A DNA stretch of 63,618 nucleotides, the filler included, from Perkinsus chesapeaki ATCC PRA-425 (lineage: Eukaryota > Protista > Perkinsozoa): the NCBI GenBank assembly GCA_013115145.1. It is 8 parts of 8 records of this genome, joined end to end, with 100 filler letters (N's around TTAATTAATTAA, not from the genome) between each part and the next. Parts side by side here need not be neighbours in the genome. Positions count along the whole stretch, not along the records: positions 28,773 to 51,222 come from JAAPAO010000580.1; positions 51,323 to 54,380 come from JAAPAO010001470.1; positions 54,481 to 55,889 come from JAAPAO010001977.1; positions 55,990 to 59,071 come from JAAPAO010001464.1; positions 59,172 to 62,305 come from JAAPAO010001456.1; 3 more parts are not named here. One strand, 5' to 3'. Numbering within the stretch: the first letter of the stretch is position 1; each line of letters opens with the position of its first letter. Positions 50,821 through 60,779 of this stretch are shown here, piece after piece. The translations under genes were made by a program, and so were the position numbers. A model generated the notes under the pieces. The model ran no database searches. It was not told where the DNA came from and saw only the letters and a list, made by a program, of their open reading frames with translations.

Positions 50821-51222
50821 GGTTCCAAAGCCACTGAGCTACGGCAAAGTCATAGAGTTAATTAGTGAAGGAACAGCTCAGTGTCACGACGTGCGAAAAG
50901 GCTAATAACTCATCTAGGCACCCTCGGCACTTCATGGTTTTATGATGAGGGCACGACTGCGAACAGTCTCTCAATAGTCCTTGCGGAACTGTTGTCGTTA
51001 TTTTCCAGGATTCCAGTCCATACCAAAAACATGTGGTGTCCACACTTGGTCTTGGACTACTACGTATGACATAGGTAAAACTATACTATTAATCTTACAT
51101 ATCAATAACGCTAGTTCGCGTAGACTGCTAGAATGGGATAGGTTCTTTTATAACTGTCACATGTGACGAACTCTACATTTCTTGTTTATAGAAACGTGAT
51201 ATTTAATTCATCTTCACACTTC

Positions 51223-51322
51223 NNNNNNNNNNNNNNNNNNNNNNNNNNNNNNNNNNNNNNNNNNNNTTAATTAATTAANNNNNNNNNNNNNNNNNNNNNN
51301 NNNNNNNNNNNNNNNNNNNNNN
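51223..51322. other. Artificial contig spacer
   Basis: 44 N + TTAATTAATTAA + 44 N. Confidence 0.98.
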
Positions 51323-53139
51323 GTTGTGTTATATAATACTTCCTTGCCGTCTTGCGATTTCACCTACACTCGCAGATTCCTGCTACGCTGACCAAGAAAA
51401 GTGAGGGCAAGCAAACTTCTCCCACAGGTCGCAGTGCCTCATCGTGGCGTGGGGGCTACTGGATGGTGACTTGCAACAACCCGCGGCCTATTTAAGAAGT
51501 CTCTTGAAAGAAGCTTCATTGAGCCTTTTAACGGTGCAACGGCCGCATCTTGTTTGGAGGGGTTTTTAAATACCTGTTTACGAACCCCAAGGTTGCTTCT
51601 TCAGGCCTGTAGCTTTTAGGGTTCAATGACGGACTCTTCTTTTTATAAAGCTGCATCAAAGAAGCGAGAACAACAGCTAGTCCCTAGCCGATTTGAGACT
51701 TCTAAAAGTTCGTACTTCTTGAAACTGCGTGTAGGCAGCTTGACTTCGTCATGAGAAGGTTAGGAGGGACTTGCTAAGTGTGAGGCCATGCTAAAGCGCC
51801 GAGCATGCCCCGGCTCGAGCTTACCGGTCTTCCATCTGGAGAAGTTCACCGAAAACTAGAAAGTTAATAAATGTCGAGTCCCGTCCGCGCCCATGATGAT
51901 GCGCGGATTCCAATCCTAGAAAATACTTTCGAACCGAAACTTGAGATGTTTATGCTCCTGGCAGGCTCGAAAGAACTACTTAGGCGCGGAAGTTCCAAAG
52001 AGAAGCAACAAATTGAAATCGACTTTGCCTTTTCGAGGAACATACCAGCCACGATTCGTGGCCCACGAATGTTCTCTTAAATAATATGATCAGTAACACT
52101 TGATCTTTCGCAGAGGCATCTGAAATAGATCTGTTGCTTGAATAGCACAGATCACTAAGCAGATTACAGACCACTGGAACCCAATAATCAGAACTGAGTC
52201 TCATATTACATTGAGCAAATGTAAGAGACGAGTTTTGATTGCGAGTCGCAATTTGCGGCTCATAATTGATTTGGCTCGCGGCGTCCGCCTGTCGTCGGTG
52301 GACTCTCACCGTGGGAGTGCCGTCTGTGTTGATTTCCAACGTGGCTCGACTCTTGGGCGAGAAGCCCACAAGATAAATATATCGATGTCGCCTGCTAAAA
52401 ACAACTCGGTGATGTTCAGACTGAGACTAAGCCTAACGAAAATTGCTCATCAATGTTTCAGCGTATAGTGAATGTTAGAAGTTGAGTACAACTTGTTGTA
52501 CTGGCAGTAGGCTGCCAGGCTCCTTCGACGCCTACGCGATGCACGGGAAGTCTGTTGGACTCCTGTAACTGGCGTTGGCCTGAGTAATAAAACAAAATAT
52601 CCATCGGCGTACACACAATCGAAAGATAAGGCGGACGCTTTAGACACCAATTATGCGGATAACTTATTTGATTAAGCATGGAGCGATGGCAGTTCAAAGT
52701 CTCCAATGGAGAACTGATATAACGACTCTCCATATCAGTTTCCAGTCTATTATAGGCTGTAATTTACAGCTTCATAGATTGCAGTTTCAGTTAACCTCTA
52801 GGAGACATACACTACTCTACTATTACGTTCCCCAAGCGATATAGACTAGTCTGTGAAGCGCTTGAAGTTTTCCGTCTTGCTGTACTGAAATAAACGCAAG
52901 TCGATAAGCTTGGTGAGATAGATCAAATAGCTAATGCTGTCTTAAAAAGATAATCTCGATAAAGGCATATATTAGGCCGTTCAATGAGATAGTCCTGGCT
53001 ACAGCCGATATCACAGCTTCGTCTAAGATATGAGCTGATATATGCTCTTCGGTGACTTGTGAGTGTCAAAGCCCCGACAAATCTGAGAAGAATCTATAGC
53101 TGAATAACCCTCACATTCGGGCAAACCCTACTTACTCCT

Positions 53140-53502
53140 TTATCCTAGCCTGTAGGTAACTGTCGCCTTTGCCTGATAGAAAGTCAAGTGTTTACGGTCC
53201 TCGCCCAGTTTAGGCCTCAAGGCTTTACTGTTGAGCTCACCATTGGAGTAATAAATCATATCGTTGCACCGTGTACCGAAGAGCTCAATTTGCTTCCCGG
53301 TAACTTTATAGGTACAATTGTAGTTCTTTAGGAATAGTTTCTTTCTCAGTAGCACCGTTCCATCTTTCTGGAAGCGTATGTCCAAGTCAATATAATAACT
53401 GCTTTGAGGCGTGCCTCCTGGGACAAACTTCGCATTAAAGTAGGCATCAACAACCGATGCGAGCAGCACGACGATGACGCAGCGCATGAAGTAGTTCATC
53501 AT
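53140..53502 (-). CDS. Intronless secreted orphan protein, 120 aa
   Basis: Signal peptide MNYFMRCVIVVLLASVVDA-YF, a complete ORF and one possible Cys pair. Confidence 0.7.
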   Translation of the reverse strand: MMNYFMRCVIVVLLASVVDAYFNAKFVPGGTPQSSYYIDLDIRFQKDGTVLLRKKLFLKNYNCTYKVTGKQIELFGTRCNDMIYYSNGELNSKALRPKLGEDRKHLTFYQAKATVTYRLG

Positions 53503-54380
53503 ACAAATAATAACAAAGCTTCAACTAACAGTATTGCGAACACGACGGGGCGAGCCCTCGATGAAGGGTGTCACCCATGACTTGCCACCCGCGGAGCAAG
53601 TCATACGCATGTGCCTGTCTATCCACACATCATATCGGACGCACAGGATAATGAAGTCTATTGAGTATCTTTATAAACGGATGAGTTTATCGAATCACAT
53701 GTCAAAATTGTTGCTATGGCAACATAGATGTGACATCAAAGCGAGATTTATGTATTCCCGGCAAGTACCTTCTTAGCAACTGCCCGGCGTGACATCTATT
53801 TATCATTTGTTCGGAAATCCCCAATGGGAATCCGGCTTGTCTACAAGTTCGCTATAATAGTATAGTACTCCCCGGCGTACTATTCAGAGGGTTATTACTA
53901 ATTCCCGAGAGCTTGGCTGATTGATCAAACCTTCGCCATTTTCTTCATAGCGAATGATCCCAACATACTGTGCTTCCGAGCCCACGAATCGGAGAGTGAA
54001 TTTGCGTCTGCGTGTACATTAGCATGGATGTGCAGATGTAGCGTGTACATTGTGTACTGCACAAATACTGTAGATTGGGGATTATCTCAACTCTGTTATC
54101 TTAGGATGTGTTAGTGCGCTCACTGTCATTTTCCCAGGCTCAGCTCAAGCCCCCTTGTGTTACTTCTGATGGTTCATCGACCGGTAATGCTGTGACACCT
54201 GTCCCCAGTGGAGCTTCCACTGGTCAGTGGAGCGGTTTCATGATAAGCGGATTCAGCTTGCGAATGTGCGAATTCAGCACGGCTCGTTGTCGAGCTGAGC
54301 CTGGTTTAACCATAACGTCACCAAATAGTGACAGGTAGCTCTTGCAAAATTTAACCCTCCCTCTTCCATCCCTGAATACG

Positions 54381-54480
54381 NNNNNNNNNNNNNNNNNNNN
54401 NNNNNNNNNNNNNNNNNNNNNNNNTTAATTAATTAANNNNNNNNNNNNNNNNNNNNNNNNNNNNNNNNNNNNNNNNNNNN
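54381..54480. other. Artificial contig spacer
   Basis: 44 N + TTAATTAATTAA + 44 N. Confidence 0.98.
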
Positions 54481-55889
54481 GGAAGAAAGGGTCTTCAGGA
54501 GGATTAAGGACAAGGACTCTTATTCTAAGGCTCTTCAATCTGGTTTGAAGGACTGGGAGTCACAACTTAGTCCCTATATGTCCAAGGCGAACATTGAGGA
54601 TGCCGTGACGAAACTGGCACTGCTCATGAAATCGGTCAAGGAAGCTCACTGCTCGTCAAGTAAGCTGTTGGTAAGGGCTGGCTCCCCCCCTTGGTGGGGT
54701 GAGAACCTGGACAGGCTAAGGAAGCAAGTTCGAAAAGCACAAAGAAGGTCTACTATGACAAAAAGTACAGCTGACTGGGATAATTATAAGAAGCTGAGGA
54801 ATGCCTATAATAAGACCATTAAGCGTTATAAATCTGAGTGGTTTTACAAATCAATCTCGGAGGAGAAAGAGTATGGTAAGATATTACGGTATCGTAAGCC
54901 CAGAAATGTGGATGATTCTCAACCTGGTCTAGACGTTTTTGTGCATCATACTCCCTATCAGGATGATGACGGTGTCTGTAGGATGGTTATGACTTTGGAT
55001 GATGTCCAGATGGCCATATCCGAGGTTGAGGATGCTATGCAACGTGCCTGGTCGTATATTCTGAAGAAGAAAGATACGGCCTCTGGTTTGGATGACTTGC
55101 GATACTCTGATATAAGATCTGGTGGGATTAAACTCTGGAATGGTCTGACGATGATTCTCAAGGCTATGATTGCTGGTTCGTACTTTCCGGAGTATGGTAA
55201 GGATAGTAGGATGATTTTTCTCCCGAAAGGAAAGAATCATGGGACCCCTGATGGCTTCAGACCTATATGTATGAGCTCCTGTATTACTAAATGCTTGGAG
55301 CTCGGTCTGGTTGAAGTAGTAAGGGCCTTCGAAAAGAGGGTTTCCCCGCTGTCATTGGTGGGTACCCACCTTCTGAGCTCACATGGTTATGCGCTGGGGC
55401 GCAGTACGGCTACTGCAGTTAATGAGGTTGTTAGTGGTATCTCAGATATGAAGCATGACCACTCGTGTGTTGCGGTACTAAGTGTTGATATGAAGGGCGC
55501 CTTTAATGGAGCCTCTCATGTTTCTATCTGTGACGCGGTCCGCTCTATTACTGGTTCTTCTGCACTGGCAAATGTGGTGGGTGGTTATCTACATGGACGC
55601 CGATGTCATTATAAAGGAAAAATACGGAGATGTATGACTAAGGGGGGTACTCCACAAGGTGGGGTTCTTTCCCCGGTCATCTATAGGTTATTTCATACAA
55701 AGGTTATGAACATCCCCCAGACGGCCGTTAGGGATGGCATATTAGTACGAGTTGTGTCCTATGCGGATGATATGATAATTCTGGTTGCTGCCGAGGACGA
55801 GAATGACCTTGCCCAAGCTATAAGAGACATTGTGTCGGCGCTAGAGTGTGAGCTCCCTCTCTTAGGCCTTTCTATGGCTAGGGAAAAGA
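54481..55889 (+). mobile_element. Non-LTR (LINE) retrotransposon reverse transcriptase, partial; frame open to the contig end
   Basis: IFLPKG...FRPICMSSCITKCLE, HGYALGRST, LSVDMKGAFN, GTPQGGVLSP and SYADD. Confidence 0.95.
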
Positions 55890-55989
55890 NNNNNNNNNNN
55901 NNNNNNNNNNNNNNNNNNNNNNNNNNNNNNNNNTTAATTAATTAANNNNNNNNNNNNNNNNNNNNNNNNNNNNNNNNNNNNNNNNNNNN
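55890..55989. other. Artificial contig spacer
   Basis: 44 N + TTAATTAATTAA + 44 N. Confidence 0.98.
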
Positions 55990-56656
55990 GTGAAATTTTG
56001 CACAGTAGCATCCTTTTACAATAGCTATCGATATGCAGAATATCACGAGAAATTAACGGTGATTTCCAAATTCTTACACCTAACTCCCCCTTTTCTGCGG
56101 CCGGTTGCTTCCTGCACGATTTGGGCGCTCTTTTCGGGGGCCCCTACCCCCGAGCGCGCTGAGGCCTTCTGGCCTCGTCTAGAGGTTTTGGCAAAGCAGG
56201 AAGCCGCGCACCAAGTTAGTGATCAGGAGTTAAATTTGGGGAGCGGAGGTGCGTCTGCGTATAGTAACTCCCACCAGCGGGTCGCGCGTCGCACGGATCT
56301 GGCGCGTGGGCGCGCGATTGTATGCAGCAGCCGGCCGTTGCGCCCCGCACAGTGTGCGGCTCTGCGCCTGCTGCCTACCCCTTCCCCTCCTGTTTCTTGA
56401 AGACCTCGAGATAGCGAGTTTGGCAACGGGAATTCTAACGACCGCGTTGAGTCGTTAGTGGTCCTTCTTTTGTTGTTATCTGTTTGTTGATGGCTCGTGC
56501 ATTCGAGACCCCGTTTCCCGCGAGCAAGGGCCTTCGCCCACCGGCGCGATGCGCCGCTCCATGGGCGCCCTGCGCTGAGCTTAGGCGATGCGGCGCAAGC
56601 TCAGCGCAAGCGCATCGGATGCGCTTGCGTGTACTGTAATGTAGCATCTCACTTTA

Positions 56657-56678
56657 GTGGCGACTCGCTACTGGCGAG
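56657..56678. other. 22-nt footprint, 1 mismatch in the middle copy; target GTGGCGAG
   Basis: GTGGCGA-C-TCGCtA-C-TGGCGAG. Confidence 0.75.
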
Positions 56679-56801
56679 AGCTAGGCTACAGCTAGGCTTC
56701 TAGCATAAGCTGCGTCTAACTCACTCGCAAGTTGTCTTTGTGATCTAGCTCGTTCCGTCTGCTCATTCTTTCTCTCCCCGAGCTAGAAATTTGAAAGAAG
56801 C

Positions 56802-56823
56802 AGCCTTCCGAAGGCTGCCTTCG
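56802..56823. other. 22-nt footprint, perfect; target AGCCTTCG
   Basis: AGCCTTC-C-GAAGGC-T-GCCTTCG. Confidence 0.85.
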
Positions 56824-57551
56824 TATTCAGTAACTCGTCAACCTTTTGCATCAAGCTCTGCGTTCTCAGTCTTTAAAACTTAGAACAATTCGATTTACAC
56901 CTAGACTACCCGATCATCGGGCCCTCCTATTTTAACCCTTTTGACCGATAAGCATATCGCTGTAATTCCACTGAGACTATATTATATATTTCTTCCCCGA
57001 GCCGCAAGTCAGAAGATGCATCACTTTGACGGTTCACACTGTGCGCCTCACAGTCAGCGTCGATGAAGCGTAATAATGTCAATCATCCAAGGAAGACTAG
57101 TGGTTATCATGTTGGACCCACGAGTATTGTCCGAGATCAGAGTGTGAGGGTACATTAAATCACCCTCCCCCAGTCAGGTTTGCTCGATACAATGGCAATC
57201 ATCCACAAGATGTTAATGACTAGCCTACGCCTCATGTATATCATCCAAGCCTCCAGTCTTGGTATCTTTCAGAGCAAGAATGGGTAGTGCTAAAGCTATT
57301 CGCGCGAGTTATGCAGAGAATCTCAGGCACACCCCGTCCAATGAATATCCTGGTAAATAGAAGTACGTGATCTAGAGAGAATCCGTGCTGTGTTAGGTTC
57401 CTACGAAAAGCCTGAAGGACATTGCACCCTCGACCCAGCCACGCAGAGGGTCGTAGGGTGTAAATGTGCCGAGGGTGTAGATTTCGCCCACAAAATGGTA
57501 GGCCGCACTAGTGTGGAACTCTACAGCAGTCCAGCGAGTAGTTTCCTAGTG

Positions 57552-57623
57552 TTTACTATTTTCTTTACTATTGTCTTTACTATTTTCTTTACTATTTCCT
57601 TTACTATTTTCTTTACTATTTGC
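57552..57623 (+). repeat. 12-bp minisatellite TTTACTATT[T/G][T/C/G]C, 6 units
   Basis: Six consecutive units plus a partial one near 57629. It would read FTIF/FTIV/FTIS if coding. Confidence 0.92.
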
Positions 57624-58195
57624 AAGTGTTTACTATTCTAACCTCAGGACCTTGTTGGCCAGCTCTGGGTGGTATGTGCAAATTTCTGCGAATCAGCTTC
57701 ATCGTGCCCCCCTACACCAGTGGGCCGCAAGATGTGTTTGGCCAAAAGATGTGTGATTAACTGTGAGCAATCGGTAAGGCAGGCGGGATACCATTCGTCA
57801 CGTCGCTAACTCGCAACTGATTGATTTCGTATTTAGATGTGTCCCGATGGAGCTTCCTGCGAGGACGTCATAAAAGGTAAATCAGTGTGCTTATTCAAAG
57901 CTTAGCATGGCTGAGGATGGCAAACCATAACTGCTTAATACATCTCGTTAGTGAAGGATACCCTCCCTAGTGGAGCTCTGCCAAAGTACTCTGTCGGTGT
58001 TAGTAACACTAGCTTCAAATATTCATCTCAATACTGTATGTGGCATCCATAAGAGCCAGCGTGTGTCTGGTTGATCAAGTCACTGATTCTCAACCAGACA
58101 GAGTATAGTTAGTAGTACTCGGTTAATTAATCTTACTGTGCTTGTCCCGCTGCGACACTTTGTTTCATATGGCGGTTTGTGGTCCACCGTCTGAG

Positions 58196-58217
58196 CTGGT
58201 CATTGACCAGTGGTCAA
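58196..58217. other. 22-nt footprint, perfect; target CTGGTCAA
   Basis: CTGGTCA-T-TGACCA-G-TGGTCAA. Confidence 0.85.
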
Positions 58218-59071
58218 CAAGCGAGCTTTTCGCATGATGATGGTTAGCGGAATGAGTGTGCGAATGTAGTGTTTGTGAAATCCTGAGAAACAATCGGGGG
58301 ACTATGAATGTCCGACAGTAGACAACACACAAGGTTAAACGTCACACAAGGAGACAGGACAGAATTGCGTCAGCTATGGACAATAGATTAGCTCGCGTTC
58401 AAACCTAGATATAAATAGATAAGAGCTATAGCTCACATATCTTGCTATACGCACGGCTCGTTACCGGGCTGAACGTTCAAAGCTTGAAGAAAACGGAATG
58501 TTTTCGGCTTAGACGGTATTAAACGGCTATGAGCTGATAAACCGATCTAACCACCGTCATGTTAATTCAGTGATTCTGAATGGCGAATAGCTGATACGGA
58601 TCCAGCGTCTGAGTCAGTGCCGTCATTTTGGTGGATGAGGGTAGGAAGCCCCATAGGACAGTCGGTATGTGACACTTACTATGTGTGAACCCCTACGCCA
58701 GTAGGGTCTGTAGTGGAAAGCTACAGTAGTACCGTGACAGTACTAATACTTTAAGACGAGTGTGGCGGGAAACCACGGAGCCTCAGTGAATAGTCCTTGT
58801 TTTCAGTAAACTTGCTGGCCAGGACTCAATAGCTTGAGGAAGTTGTGTAGTAACTGCGCTGTAGTTGCTTATTCATCTCCTTCCATTATTTCCTTTTTTT
58901 TCTCTCTCCTTGACAGTCGTGGGAAGTCTCTCGGAGGCGTTATATTGGCTATGGAATGCTGACAAAATTCGGACAGAGGTTATGATGTCAGTTGTGTATT
59001 TTTTTTCCTATGGTGATTGACCGTTTGATTGAAGCCGTTCTTCCCCCAACGATTCCCATCGCTACAGCAGT

Positions 59072-59171
59072 NNNNNNNNNNNNNNNNNNNNNNNNNNNNN
59101 NNNNNNNNNNNNNNNTTAATTAATTAANNNNNNNNNNNNNNNNNNNNNNNNNNNNNNNNNNNNNNNNNNNN
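59072..59171. other. Artificial contig spacer
   Basis: 44 N + TTAATTAATTAA + 44 N. Confidence 0.98.
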
Positions 59172-59240
59172 AGGTTTAAAACCCAAATGCATTGTAACTT
59201 GCAATGCATTTGGTAGTAGTTACAAATTGTAAGGTTACCT

Positions 59241-59308
59241 TAATCAGGGATCGAACCGGCAGCCTTTAATAGAACATCATGACATCCTAACGTTCACACC
59301 ATGTCAGC
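59241..59308 (-). pseudogene. Decayed tRNA-like sequence (tRNA pseudogene or SINE head)
   Basis: Minus strand reads GCTGACATGGTGTGAACGTTAGG...AAGGCTGCCGGTTCGATCCCTG, i.e. an A-box-like then B-box motif at tRNA spacing. Stems are imperfect. Confidence 0.3.
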
Positions 59309-59357
59309 TTCCAACTTACGAAATAGTAATGAAAGATTTAAGTTTCGCAGCAGCAAA

Positions 59358-59566
59358 GTGTACGAAACCTGAATGTGTACGACTTGATAGTGTACGGATA
59401 TTCGGTGTACGGGTTTTTTGTGTACGGGTTTTATGTGTACGAATTTTTTGTGTACGGGTATTTGCGTAACGATGTACGGATCCGAGGGGTGTACGAGTAT
59501 TCAGTATACGGGTGGTGAACGAAGTGAAAGTGTACGAGTTTTCGGTGTACGAGACATGATACACCC
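59358..59566 (+). repeat. 15-bp-period TGTACG array ending in ACACCC (MULE/Phantom-like subterminal repeats)
   Basis: TGTACG at 59359, 59376, 59391, 59406, 59421, 59436, 59451, 59473, 59490, 59531 and 59546. Confidence 0.8.
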
Positions 59567-60090
59567 GATAATAGATAGGATAAGTAACCTTGAAATAAGC
59601 CGAATGTTGATTATCCGATTGATGCGCGCGGCGGTGAGTATCCCTATGATACTCGCGCTGGCCAGGAAAGACAGCAACCTTGGATCCATGGGTTGTGTCC
59701 CTGGTCGTAGCCCGTAGCGGGAGGCTTGAGTCTGAGATATTCTATTCCTAGTCTTCCTAGCACGAACTTTCCTAATAGCATCCGTGTCACGGTTACGTGG
59801 CACTTCAGTAGACTTTCCCGATCTGGTAACGACTATTCCTTACTAGAAGAACACAAAGTTTGAGCCAGTTGATATATATCGACAAACCGTAGCGACAACC
59901 CTTTCCTCAATGACTCAAAAACCCTGAACTATAAGGGCTGGCAAACTGCAGCAAATGATCCTGCTCAGTGAAGTGCCAACTATGCACACAAACCATGGCA
60001 TGACACAGCGGACTCTACTATCTATACCACCCAAAGCAGTATAGATCCCTACGAACCTATCTAGATTGCTTATTGCTGTACGGTTCTAGA

Positions 60091-60112
60091 ATCTAGATTC
60101 TAGATTCTAGAA
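60091..60112. other. 22-nt footprint, perfect; target ATCTAGAA, inside a 63-nt perfect palindrome
   Basis: ATCTAGA-T-TCTAGA-T-TCTAGAA. Confidence 0.75.
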
Positions 60113-60334
60113 CCGTACAGCAATAAGCAGTAAAGCTCCAGAACAGTTCGGCACAACAGGCTTGTGACAAGGAACCAACCGCGCAACCATGTGCATACGT
60201 ACGCACGCATGCGCCACCATATGTCACTGTCGGATTAACCATACTAATAGTAACAGAGAATCCTTCAACGCGCAGTACGAATGCGCGCATTGAGTGGAAT
60301 ATGCGGAGCGAAGAGCATGATGTTTGGTAGACTT

Positions 60335-60636
60335 TGGTACGACGTTTTCAAGCATAATCCGACAACGAAAGATAATCTTGAAGGCATGTACGAATCGAAA
60401 TGTGCATGTACGAAGCCCATATGGATGAAACGAGCAGATTTAGAGCGAAAATGGAAGAAACGGCGTGGACGAAAGAAGCATGGGGGAAAAGCGCGTGGGT
60501 GAACTGCAAGTGGACGAAGTGAGCTGGAGGAAACGCGCATGGATGAAAAGAGCTGGACGAATCCGTGCGTGGACGAAACAATCTTGGAGGGAACGTACCG
60601 TGGACTAAACAACACTGGAGGAATGGCAACACCCCC
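60335..60636 (+). repeat. About 15-bp-period TGGAYGAA array ending in ACACCCCC
   Basis: TGG[A/G]NGAA-like units at 60422, 60452, 60466, 60481, 60496, 60511, 60525, 60540, 60554, 60570, 60585, 60601 and 60616. Confidence 0.8.
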
Positions 60637-60653
60637 GAATAGGAGCGAACGAG

Positions 60654-60675
60654 CTGACTGACAGCCAGTGACTGT
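60654..60675. other. 22-nt footprint, 1 mismatch; target CTGACTGT confirmed by the empty site at 62266-62273
   Basis: CTGACTG-A-CAGcCA-G-TGACTGT. Confidence 0.9.
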
Positions 60676-60779
60676 GTACGTGTTTCGAGCAATCGAGTTG
60701 AGTGTGAACGTGATTAATGGAGATTAAACATTAAGTGTACGTGTTTTATGTGTACCAATTGTTTACATCCTCTTCGAGA

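Noticed and set aside
2578-54065. Further scar-like sites with 3 or more mismatches (2578, 6843, 16168, 24792, 54044)
   Set aside because: At that degeneracy chance matches are expected, so they are not counted.
47353-57623. Regular repeats considered as CRISPR-like arrays (18-bp, 12-bp and 15-bp units)
   Set aside because: There are no unique spacers of constant length, there are no cas genes and the context is eukaryotic. They are coding or satellite/TE repeats.
59316-60692. Track ORFs such as 59316-59564, 59418-59717, 60265-60615 and 60348-60692
   Set aside because: They are translations of the 15-bp repeat arrays (stop-poor periodic sequence), not credible genes.
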